A stretch of 64,000 bases of DNA from Nemertoderma westbladi (Eukaryota > Animalia > Xenacoelomorpha), in NCBI GenBank assembly GCA_032718475.1, contig JAUCBJ010003122.1, positions 20,490 to 84,489 on the forward strand, read 5' to 3'. Below are positions 26,701-38,700 of the stretch, in pieces (position 1 is the stretch's first letter; each line of letters opens with the position of its first letter). Made by a program: the position numbers and the translations under genes. The notes below the pieces were generated by a model. The model worked only from the letters and a program-made list of their open reading frames with translations. It did no database searches and was not told where the DNA came from.

Positions 26701-29700
26701 AAATAATGTGTTTAGTTTCAGTTTAAGAGGATAAGGAATTCGGTTAGTTTCAGTTTAAGAGGATAAATAATTTGTTTAGCTTCAGTTTAAGAGGATAAAT
26801 AATTTGGTTAGTTTCAGTTTAAGAGGATAATAATGCGGTTAGTTTCAGTTTAAGAGGATAAATAATGTGTTTAGTTTCAGTTTAAGAGGATAAGGAATTC
26901 GGATAGTTTCAGTTTAATAGGATAAATAATTTTGTTGGTTTCAGTTTAAGAGGATAAAGAATTTGGTTAGTTTCAGTTTAAGAGGATAAGGAATTCGGTT
27001 AGTTTCAGTTTAATAGGATAAATAATTTTGTTGGTTTCAGTTTAAGAGGATAAAGAATTTGTTTAGCTTCAGTTTAAGAGGATAAATAATTTGTTTAGTT
27101 TCAGTTTAAGAGGATAAATAATTTGGTTAGTTTCAGTTTAAGAGGATAATAATGCGGTTAGTTTCAGTTTAAGAGGATAAATAATGTGTTTAGTTTCAGT
27201 TTAAGAGGATAATAATGCGGTTAGTTTCAGTTTAAGAGGATAAATAATGTGTTTAGTTTCAGTTTAAGAGGATAAGGAATTCGGTTAGTTTCAGTTTAAT
27301 AGGATAGATAATTTTGTTGGTTTCAGTTTAAGAGGATAAAGAATTTGGTTAGTTTCAGTTTAAGAGGATAAGGAATTCGGTTAGTTTCAGTTTAAGAGGA
27401 TAAATAATTTGTTTAGCTTCAGTTTAAGAGGATAAATAATTTGGTTAGTTTCAGTTTAAGAGGATAATAATGCGGTTAGTTTCAGTTTAAGAGGATAAAT
27501 AATGTGTTTAGTTTCAGTTTAAGAGGATAAGGAATTTGGTTAGTTTCAGTTTAAGAGGATAAATAATTTGTTTAGCTTCAGTTTAAGAGGATAAATAATT
27601 TGGTTAGTTTCAGTTTAAGAGGATAATAATGCGGTTAGTTTCAGTTTAAGAGGATAAATAATGTGTTTAGTTTCAGTTTAAGAGGATAAGGAATTCGGTT
27701 AGTTTCAGTTTAATAGGATAAATAATTTTGTTGGTTTCAGTTTAAGAGGATAAAGAATTTGGTTAGTTTCAGTTTAAGAGGATAAGGAATTCGGTTAGTT
27801 TCAGTTTAAGGGGGGGGGTACACCATTTTCGGACAACTCTTCGATTTATCACTCTCAGCGTTTCAAAATTGTTTGGTTTTGGCTAAAATTTGGCATATAG
27901 GTGCCTAAGATGCTATTCTACATGACAGGTCAGAAAGTTTTTTTTTCCGCTATTTAATATTAGTTAATACTAGTTAACAATAAAAAAAACTTGGTTGCGC
28001 TTAAAACCCTAAGGCTTTTACAGTTTTGAACCTAATCACATGAAAGTTTTTTTATATGATAGATCAAAGATGGGGCAACATAACTATCAGGCGAAATTTT
28101 GTTAAAATAATTCTGCACCGCTAGGTGGCGCTGCAAATTTATGCTAATTTTTAGGTTTTTTATAAATAGTATTAAATTTTATTAACAAAAAATTTCGAAA
28201 AGGTGCCTGATACTTTTATGCAGGGTGGCTATCTAGACACCCACAGGAAGTTTCAGACTAATTACTCAAAAATTGTAGAAGTAGTAGGGTTCTGAAGTTG
28301 ACAATTTCATGAAAAAAATATTTGGAGATAATCAACCTTTCATTATACATAGTAATAGTAATTTCAATAGGATTCCCTAAATGGAAATTGTTATAACTTG
28401 AGAAGTAAAAGAGATATTAAATAGCGGTTTTCAGATTTGGAAACACCATTCAATGGTGCATTATAATATACCATAAAAAAAATTTCGACATATTTTGGAC
28501 CAAAATGGTGTACCCCCCCCTTAAGAGGATAAATAATTTGTTTAGCTTCAGTTTAAGAGGATAAATAATTTGGTTAGTTTCAGTTTAAGAGGATAATAAT
28601 GCGGTTAGTTTCAGTTTAAGAGGATAAATAATGTGTTTAGTTTCAGTTTAAGAGGATAAGGAATTCGGTTAGTTTCAGTTTAAGAGGATAAATAATTTGT
28701 TTAGCTTCAGTTTAAGAGGATAAATAATTTGGTTAGTTTCAGTTTAAGAGGATAATAATGCGGTTAGTTTCAGTTTAAGAGGATAAATAATTTGGTTAGT
28801 TTCAGTTTAAGAGGATAAGGAATTCGGATAGTTTCAGTTTAATAGGATAAATAATTTTGTTGGTTTCAGTTTAAGAGGATAAATAATGTGTTTAGTTTCA
28901 GTTTAAGAGGATAAGGAATTCGGATAGTTTCAGTTTAATAGGATAAATAATTTTGTTGGTTTCAGTTTAAGAGGATAAAGAATTTGGTTAGTTTCAGTTT
29001 AAGAGGATAAGGAATTCGGTTAGTTTCAGTTTAATAGGATAAATAATTTTGTTGGTTTCAGTTTAAGAGGATAAAGAATTTGTTTAGCTTCAGTTTAAGA
29101 GGATAAATAATTTGTTTAGTTTCAGTTTAAGAGGATAAATAATTTGTTTAGCTTCAGTTTAAGAGGATAAATAATTTGGTTAGTTTCAGTTTAAGAGGAT
29201 AAATAATTTGGTTAGTTTCAGTTTAAGAGGATAATAATGCGGTTAGTTTCAGTTTAAGAGGATAAATAATGTGTTTAGTTTCAGTTTAAGAGGATAAGGA
29301 ATTCGGTTAGTTTCAGTTTAATAGGATAAATAATTTTGTTGGTTTCAGTTTAAGAGGATAAAGAATTTGGTTAGTTTCAGTTTAAGAGGATAAGGAATTC
29401 GGTTAGTTTCAGTTTAAGAGGATAAATAATTTGTTTAGCTTCAGTTTAAGAGGATAAATAATTTGGTTAGTTTCAGTTTAAGAGGATAATAATGCGGTTA
29501 GTTTCAGTTTAAGAGGATAAATAATGTGTTTAGTTTCAGTTTAAGAGGATAAGGAATTTGGTTAGTTTCAGTTTAAGAGGATAAATAATTTGTTTAGCTT
29601 CAGTTTAAGAGGATAAATAATTTGGTTAGTTTCAGTTTAAGAGGATAATAATGCTGTTAGTTTCAGTTTAAGAGGATAAATAATGTGTTTAGTTTCAGTT

Positions 29701-32700
29701 TAAGAGGATAAGGAATTCGGTTAGTTTCAGTTTAATAGGATAAATAATTTTGTTGGTTTCAGTTTAAGAGGATAAAGAATTTGGTTAGTTTCAGTTTAAG
29801 AGGATAAGGAATTCGGTTAGTTTCAGTTTAAGAGGATAAATAATTTGTTTAGCTTCAGTTTAAGAGGATAAATAATTTGGTTAGTTTCAGTTTAAGAGGA
29901 TAATAATGCGGTTAGTTTCAGTTTAAGAGGATAAATAATGTGTTTAGTTTCAGTTTAAGAGGATAAGGAATTCGGTTAGTTTCAGTTTAAGAGGATAAAT
30001 AATTTGTTTAGCTTCAGTTTAAGAGGATAAATAATTTGGTTAGTTTCAGTTTAAGAGGATAATAATGCGGTTAGTTTCAGTTTAAGAGGATAAATAATGT
30101 GTTTAGTTTCAGTTTAAGAGGATAAGGAATTCGGATAGTTTCAGTTTAATAGGTTAAATAATTTTGTTGGTTTCAGTTTAAGAGGATAAAGAATTTGGTT
30201 AGTTTCAGTTTAAGAGGATAAGGAATTCGGTTAGTTTCAGTTTAATAGGATAAATAATTTTGTTGGTTTCAGTTTAAGAGGATAAAGAATTTGTTTAGCT
30301 TCAGTTTAAGAGGATAAATAATTTGTTTAGTTTCAGTTTAAGAGGATAAATAATTTGTTTAGCTTCAGTTTAAGAGGATAAATAATTTGGTTAGCTTCAG
30401 TTTAAGAGGATAATAATGCGGTTAGTTTCAGTTTAAGAGGATAAATAATGTGTTTAGTTTCAGTTTAAGAGGATAAGGAATTCGGTTAGTTTCAGTTTAA
30501 GAGGATAAATAATTTGTTTAGCTTCAGTTTAAGAGGATAAATAATTTGGTTAGTTTCAGTTTAAGAGGATAATAATGCGGTTAGTTTCAGTTTAAGAGGA
30601 TAAATAATGTGTTTAGTTTCAGTTTAAGAGGATAAGGAATTCGGATAGTTTCAGTTTAATAGGATAAATAATTTTGTTGGTTTCAGTTTAAGAGGATAAA
30701 GAATTTGGTTAGTTTCAGTTTAAGAGGATAAGGAATTCGGTTAGTTTCAGTTTAATAGGATAAATAATTTTGTTGGTTTCAGTTTAAGAGGATAAAGAAT
30801 TTGTTTAGCTTCAGTTTAAGAGGATAAATAATTTGTTTAGTTTCAGTTTAAGAGGATAAATAATTTGGTTAGTTTCAGTTTAAGAGGATAATAATGCGGT
30901 TAGTTTCAGTTTAAGAGGATAAATAATGTGTTTAGTTTCAGTTTAAGAGGATAAGGAATTCGGTTAGTTTCAGTTTAATAGGATAAATAATTTTGTTGGT
31001 TTCAGTTTAAGAGGATAAAGAATTTGGTTAGTTTCAGTTTAAGAGGATAAGGAATTCGGTTAGTTTCAGTTTAAGAGGATAAATAATTTGTTTAGCTTCA
31101 GTTTAAGAGGATAAATAATTTGTTTAGTTTCAGTTTAAGAGGATAAATAATTTGCTTAGCTTCAGTTTAAGAGGATAAATAATTTGGTTAGTTTCAGTTT
31201 AAGAGGATAATAATGCGGTTAGTTTCAGTTTAAGAGGATAAATAATGTGTTTAGTTTCAGTTTAAGAGGATAAGGAATTCGGTTAGTTTCAGTTTAATAG
31301 GATAAATAATTTTGTTGGTTTCAGTTTAAGAGGATAAAGAATTTGGTTAGTTTCAGTTTAAGAGGATAAGGAATTCGGTTAGTTTCAGTTTAAGAGGATA
31401 AATAATTTGTTTAGCTTCAGTTTAAGAGGATAAATAATTTGTTTAGCTTCAGTTTAAGAGGATAAATAATTTGGTTAGTTTCAGTTTAAGAGGATAATAA
31501 TGCGGTTAGTTTCAGTTTAAGAGGATAAATAATGTGTTTACTTTCAGTTTAAGAGGATAAGGAATTCGGTTAGTTTCAGTTTAATAGGATAAATAATTTT
31601 GTTGGTTTCAGTTTAAGAGGATAAAGAATTTGGTTAGTTTCAGTTTAAGAGGATAAGGAATTCGGTTAGTTTCAGTTTAATAGGATAAATAATTTTGTTG
31701 GTTTCAGTTTAAGAGGATAAAGAATTTGGTTAGTTTCAGTTTAAGAGGATAAGGAATTCGGTTAGTTTCAGTTTAAGAGGATAAATAATTTGTTTAGCTT
31801 CAGTTTAAGAGGATAAGGAATTCGGTTAGTTTCAGTTTAATAGGATAAATAATTTTGTTGGTTTCAGTTTAAGAGGATAAAGAATTTGGTTAGTTTCAGT
31901 TTAAGAGGATAATAATGCGGTTAGTTTCAGTTTAAGAGGATAAAGAATTTGGTTAGTTTCAGTTTAAGAGGATAATAATTCGCTTAGTTTCAGTTTAAGA
32001 GGATAAATAATTTGTTTAGCTTCAGTTTAAAAGGATAAATAATTGGTTTAGCTTCAGTTTAAGAGGATAAGGAATTCGGTTAGTTTCAGTTTATTAGGAT
32101 AAATAATTTTGTTGGTTTCAGTTTAAGAGGATAAAGAATTTGGTTAGTTTCAGTTTAAGAGGATAATATTTCGGTTAGTTTCAGTTTAAGAGGATAAATA
32201 ATTTGTTTAGTTTCAGTTTAAGAGGATAAGGAATTCGGATAGTTTCAGTTTAATAGTGTGATATAAATGTTTAATGTATTTTATTGAGATACCGGAAGTA
32301 TCCCAGATAATCGGTTTGACCTTTGCAATGTGTACGGTGAAGGGATTGATTTATATTAGATAGTAGGTAAGGCATTGCAAGAGGGGTTTATAGATTAATT
32401 GTCGTTTGTTTGATTAAAGTTTGGAGTTAATATTTAATTGTGATTTCCCTGTTTTAATATTGGCGCAGTGTGATTTACATAAAACATGAAATTATCAATA
32501 ACATCCGATTTCGCATGTTGGGAAACAGCATTGAGGGCGGAGATCAACTTGTTAGTGTTGCAAGGGAAAATCGAGGAGGAAAAAAAGGACGAAGCTTTGC
32601 TAATGAAGATACAGATTTCCGTAGAAGACAGCATTTTAAAGAAAATGCATATAGACCGCCGAACCACAGCAAATTCTTTACTAACAAAACTCAAAGAGGT

Positions 32701-35700
32701 ATGGACACAGTTGGTGGTACCAACCGACGGAGTAAATTCATTAGAGTTTGACATAGTGTCAAGGGACGATGTAACCAAATTTGATGACAATTTGAGACTA
32801 CTCCGCTATAAACGAACGATTTCCGATGATTTAGCTATTAGTATATTCATAAAAAACATAAAAAATGAAGCGTCAAGAAAGATCGTTCTGGTCCAGCAAT
32901 TCACGTCATGGGATGCGTTGGTGCGTTTCATTATGGACACAGGTATCTCTCTAACCAATTGTAACCAACATACTTCGCATCTACCAGTATCAGGAGCCGT
33001 AAAAACGGGATGCTACAATTGCGGTGTAGCCGGCCACTTTGCTAGACAATGCTTCAAGCGGTGCAATCGTTGCACCAATCACAATCACTTGCCTAAAGAC
33101 TGTTTAAAAGGAAAATCAAAAAACGACGCTTCCCAGTAGTGGGGGGTGCAACTACTGGGATCATCAACGAACCGATAGCACCATTCATTTACGCAGAAAT
33201 CGATTTGAATGGTGGAAGCCCACGCATACCTATGTTAGACACCGGATCTGAATTAAACTTAATGTCAATAAACATGGCTAATGACTTGTCAGTTCCGATT
33301 ATACCGCATGGTATATATTTTCGTACAGCATCTGGTGATGTTGTTAAATCGAGAGGTTTTGTTCAGGTTTGGGTGAAGTGGGGAGATATTCGTCAAACAT
33401 TTGATTTTCATGTACTGGGAGATCCTCCATTTGATTTAATACTTGGCATTAGGGCCATATGGACCTTCCCCTCAATATTATCTTATCCCATTGTGGCGAT
33501 GACTGCGACTACGACTACCGATACAGCTCTTTCAAAGGAATACTTTTTTAAACTTTTCCGTTGGCCATCATCATGGTCATCCGATAATACAAAACGTCTC
33601 CACGACTTGATCTGGGAATTTCAGGATATATTTAGTCGATCGAAATTCGATGTTGGAAGAATGAAATCATTCACCCATCACATAGAAACGTCTGGTCCTC
33701 CTATTTTCAGAAGACAATACAAAAACGCATACACAGAACGAGAAAATGTACACAAGATAATCACGGAGATGCATGAAAATAACATTATCTCTCCTGCTTC
33801 TTCGCCATGGAATTCGCCATATTTGTTGGTAGATAAACCTGACCACTCAAAACGATTTTGTGTTGATTTTAGACCTCTAAACAAAGTCACTCAGGACAAT
33901 AAATTCCCCATGCCAGTAATAGATGAACTTTTAGATAGACTTCAAGGAAAGAAAATTTTTTCGACGTTAGACATGACGGCCGGTTATTGGCAAGTACCCT
34001 TATCTGAGGAAAGTAAACCGAAGACGGCTTTCCAAGCGGATCATAGACAGTGGCAATTCAATGTGTTAGCAATGGGATTGAAAAATGCGGCCCCAGAATT
34101 CCAACGAGACATGCAAACTGTATTAAGAGGTCTCAACACGTTTCCTTACCAGGACGACATCATCAACGCTACTGAGACTGAAGAAGAACATCTAGAGAGC
34201 CTACAGAAAATTTTCGTACGATTACGAAATGAAGGAATTAAATTAAAACCATCAAAATGCGCATTTGGTCTAACTGAGATATCGTATTTGGGTTTTATTA
34301 TTCAAGATGGACAAGTCAAACCTGATCCTGATAAAATAAAGTGTATACAAGAATTTCCTACGCCAACCAATGGAAAGGAATTACAGTCATTTCTTGGACT
34401 CATTAACTTTTATTCAAGGTTCGCTAAGAGATTAGCTACATACGCGGCTCCCTTATATGAGTTGACAACAAAATCAAAAAATAAATTCAAATGGTTACCC
34501 GAACATTCCGAAGTCTTTGATAAAGTAAAAAATTTATTCTCAGAAGCAGTATCATTATACATTCCCGATTTATCACAAGCTTTCATAGTCAGAACCGACG
34601 CAAGCGATAGGGCTGTTGGAGCTGTGTTGAGTCAAATAATTAATTCTGAAGAAGTCCCAGTGCATTTCGCAAGTCGAACCCTACGCGGATCGGAACTTAA
34701 CTGGTCAACTACTGATAAAGAATTTTTTAGTTTACATTGGGCAATCAGAAAATTTGATATGTACTTAAAGGGAAATGAAGTAACAGTTTACACTGACCAC
34801 AAACCATTAATTGGACTGATAGACAAGAGAGCTGGAAACAATCAACGACAAAGACGATGGCTAGATTATATACAGGACTTTAAATTAAATATTAACTATA
34901 TACGTGGAGTTGAAAACGTTGTGGCAGACACTTTGTCTCGCTTGCCATTAGACTCAACGTTCCCAAATGTAAAGGCCGCTCCATTCGTACCAAACGCCGT
35001 TTGTGCTCTCAAGGCGTTATCTGACAAAGATTCCGAGATAGTAGCAAGGCAATACCATGATGCGGGACATTACTCTATAAACAAAACTCGTGCGGCAATT
35101 TTAAATGACGGCCTATGGTTCCCAAAAATGAGATCCACACTACGATCAATTCAAGATGATTGTATAGAGTGTCGCACAAAGAAGTCGTACACAAAAAATC
35201 CCCCAAAAGGAGAACTACCAAACCTAGAAACTCGTGCTATTGGGGAGATTGTCTCTATTGACATTGTTGGACCCTTACCAACAACAAGATTAGGATTTCG
35301 TTACATCTTGTCGATGATAGATATGGCGTCACGTTACCTGGAAGCGGTACCAATGAAAATGGTTACAGCGCAAATAACTGCAGACGCTTTTCAGAAAGGA
35401 TGGGTATTTAGACATGGTCCTCCACGACGAATCCACACCTACAACGGTTCCCAATTTCGTTCTGCGTTGTTTAATAATATTCTGGAAACTGCCTTTTGCA
35501 ATTATGAAATTGATCATACATATTCATCGCCGTACTATCCTCAAGGCAATGGAGTTATTGAAAGAATACACCGTACTTTAAAAGATCGCATTCGATGCAT
35601 GTCTGGGGATTGGCAATCGAACTTATCGGAAGCTGTTTATAATATAAATCGCCATGTTCACGATGGTATTGAGTGTTCGCCGTTTTTCGCACTCTATGGG

Positions 35701-38700
35701 TATAATGTCCCACCAGCCACTTACCCAGCAATGCTTAAAGAAAACCCATCCATCATGCAATCGTTAGCTCCTCCTATCCCACCACCACAAAGATCAACGT
35801 TTGGCCCCAAATTTCACCCACCTCAACGAGTTGTAGCAAAATTATCTCCGCAGGTTGTTCGCCTAGATCAATATGGAACTGTGAATATAAGAAAATGTAC
35901 TTAGTTCAATATTATTGACTCCATTTAGCGCGATTCTAATTTAGATTCATATTTTTGATGTTGTTGAATTTTATATAAAATTTTATATAAATGTTTAATG
36001 TATTTTATTGAGATACCGGAAGTATCTCAGATAATCGGTTTCACCTTTGCAATGTGTACGGTGAAGGGATTGATTTATATTAGATATTAGGTAAGGCATT
36101 GCGAAGGGGGGTTTATATATTAATTGTCGTTTGTTTGATTAAAGTTTGGAGTTAATATTTAATTGTGATTTCCCTGTTTTAATAAATAGGATAAAGAATT
36201 TGGTTAGTTTCAGTTTAAGAGGATAATAATTCGGTTAGTTTCAGTTTAATAGGATAAATAATTTTGTTGGTTTCAGTTTAAGAGGATAAAGAATTTGGTT
36301 AGTTTCAGTTTAAGAGGATAAGGAATTCGGTTAGTTTCAGTTTAAGAGGATAAATAATTTGGTTAGTTTCAGTTTAAGAGGATAATAATTCGGTTAGTTT
36401 CAGTTTAAGAGGATAAATAATTTGTTTTGTTTCAGTTTAAGAGGATAAGGAATTCGGTTAGTTTCAGTTTAATAGGATAAATAATTTTGTTGGTTTTAGT
36501 TTAATGGGATAAATAATTTTGTTGGTTTCAGTTTAAGAGGATAAAGAATTGGGTTAGTTTCAGTTTAAGAGGATAAGGAATTTGGTTAGTTTCAGTTTAA
36601 GAGGATAATAATTCGCTTAGTTTCAGTGTAAGAGGATAAATAATTTGTTTAGTTTCAGTTTAATAGGATAAATAATTTTGTTGGTTTCAGTTTAAGAGGA
36701 TAAAGAATTTGGTTAGTTTCAGTTTAAGGAGATAAAGAATTTGGTTAGTTTCAGTTTAAGAGGATAATAATTCGCTTAGTTTCAGTGTAAGAGGATAAAT
36801 AATTTGTTTAGTTTCAGTTTAATAGGATAAATAATTTTGTTGGTTTCAGTTTAAGAGGATAAGGAATTCGGTTAGTTTCAGTTTAATAGGATAAATAATT
36901 TTGTTGGTTTTAGTTTAATAGGATAAATAATTTTGTTGGTTTCAGTTTAAGAGGATAAATAATTTGTTTAGTTTCAGTTTAAGAGGATAAGGAATTTGGT
37001 TAGTTTCAGTTTAATAGGATAAATAATTTTCTTGGTTTCAGTTTAATAGGATAAATAATTTTGTTGGTTTCAGTTTAAGAGGATAAAGAATTTGTTAGTT
37101 TCAGTTTAAGAGGATAATAATTTGGTTAGTTTCAGTTTAAAAGGATAATAATTCGGTTAGTTTCAGTTAAGAGGATAAATAATTTGTTTAGCTTCAGTTT
37201 AAGAGGATAAGGAATTCGGTTAGTTTCAGTTTAATAGGATAAAAAATTTGGTTAGTTTCAGTTTAAGAGGATAATAATTCAGTTAGTTTCAGTTTAAGAG
37301 GATAAATAATTTGTTTACTTTCAGTTTAAGAGGAGAAGGAATTCGGTTGGTTTCAGTTTAATAGGGTAAAGAATTTGGTTAGTTTCAGTTTAATAGGATA
37401 AATAATTTGGTTAGTTTCAGTTTAAGAGGATAAAGAATTTGGTTAGTTTCAGTTTAAGAGGATAAAGTATTGGGTGAGTTTTAGTTTCAACTTTGGTTGG
37501 TAAATAACAAGACGCCTTGTGTTTATATCATTATTAAGTGATGTACTGCGTCCACTGTAACTATTATCTAATCGTCCGCAGGTAAACAGGTATCCCAGGC
37601 TCGTCCGACGTACCTTCAGCTAGACAAACTTCCCAACACACAACCCGGTGGACGAATGCAAAGCGAAATATCTCGACTGCAAACCCAGGCCCGAGAGACT
37701 TCCATAAAGCTAAAGGCAATTCTCGAAGATCCATCGCAGGTAATATGAGAACTTTGTGTTTGTTTCGTACCGCAATTTGTTATAACATTCACTGACACGT
37801 ATTTAATATAAATATATATTCATGAATTAAAATTTGTGATATAGGCGGTACAGTGAACGAACGTGGTCGAAAAATGGGAGGAAAAGCGGTTATCGGATAA
37901 ATTAATGTCCGAAGAAACAGTAAACAATGGATCATGTCCTTTTATTGTTAAAGTTTAGGGTGTCGTTTACAGCCAGCTTACTGCGAAAGTTAGGATGTTT
38001 CTGCCACGTTTATACCCCCATAAAAAATAATTGTTTAGATGATAAATACGGTAATATTATATCTGATAGTGTATCATATGTGTTTAAATACACAACATGT
38101 GCCATGGAATCTTGATTCTTTTCGCTAACTGAGTTCCTAACCATTATTGTGCACAGATATTTAGTGGAGTGAGAGGGGGGGACTGAGTTGCTAACCATTG
38201 TGCACAGAATCGCGATTATTGTTAAAATGTAATTATAATACTACTACTAGGGTCTACTATAGAGGTACTACTACTACTAGGTCGAGCGAGCTCGGATTGT
38301 GGAAATGAGATTCTCCATAGTTGTCGCAATTTCGTTTCTCCCAAGTTCAGTATCCCTTTCAAATTGATCTATATATGTTATGGCCAGTCGTCCACGACTA
38401 CGCTTTCTATGAGTTGGTTGCCAGAGAAGTAGATCTGGTATGACCTCGTCTTTACTTCGCCAGCAGTGCCCACTGAATCTTAATCTGCGTTCACGGAGGG
38501 TGGTTGATTCAGGTGGTATTGTACCATAAAGCTCGGCGTTTGTCATGTGTTGTCTCCAGCTGATGTTTAGGGCTGCCCTTAGTAGTCTTGTGTAGCAACC
38601 ATCAATACGTTGTTCAAGTGATTTAGTCAGTGTCCAGGTCTCACCCCCGTATAAAAATACACTTTCCACTGTGGCTCGAAAGAACTTAGTCTTCAGGTGC

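Larger units (their letters stand above)
32257..36184 (+). mobile_element. Compact Ty3/Gypsy LTR retrotransposon (3.9 kb)
   Basis: LTRs 32257-32459 and 35981-36184; 5-bp TSD AATAG; PBS-like TGGCGCAG at 32461; gag and pol with PR-RT-RH-IN order. Confidence 0.95.
9092..37490 (+). repeat. Satellite array 1: 31-32 bp unit GAGGATAAAGAATTCG|GTTAGTTTCAGTTTAA, roughly 700 copies, with higher-order structure
   Basis: Directly visible. Unit = last 16 nt of exon 4 + first 16 nt of intron 4. Interrupted by two MITE copies and a Gypsy element. Confidence 0.98.

Noticed and set aside
9092-37490. CRISPR-like appearance of array 1 (constant core with variable segment)
   Set aside because: The variable parts are a few recurring point variants rather than unique spacers. 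There are no cas genes and the context is a eukaryotic intron.
37845-37925. Extra LZTFL1 exon after exon 5
   Set aside because: The phase-0 frame stops after three codons and there is no good donor.
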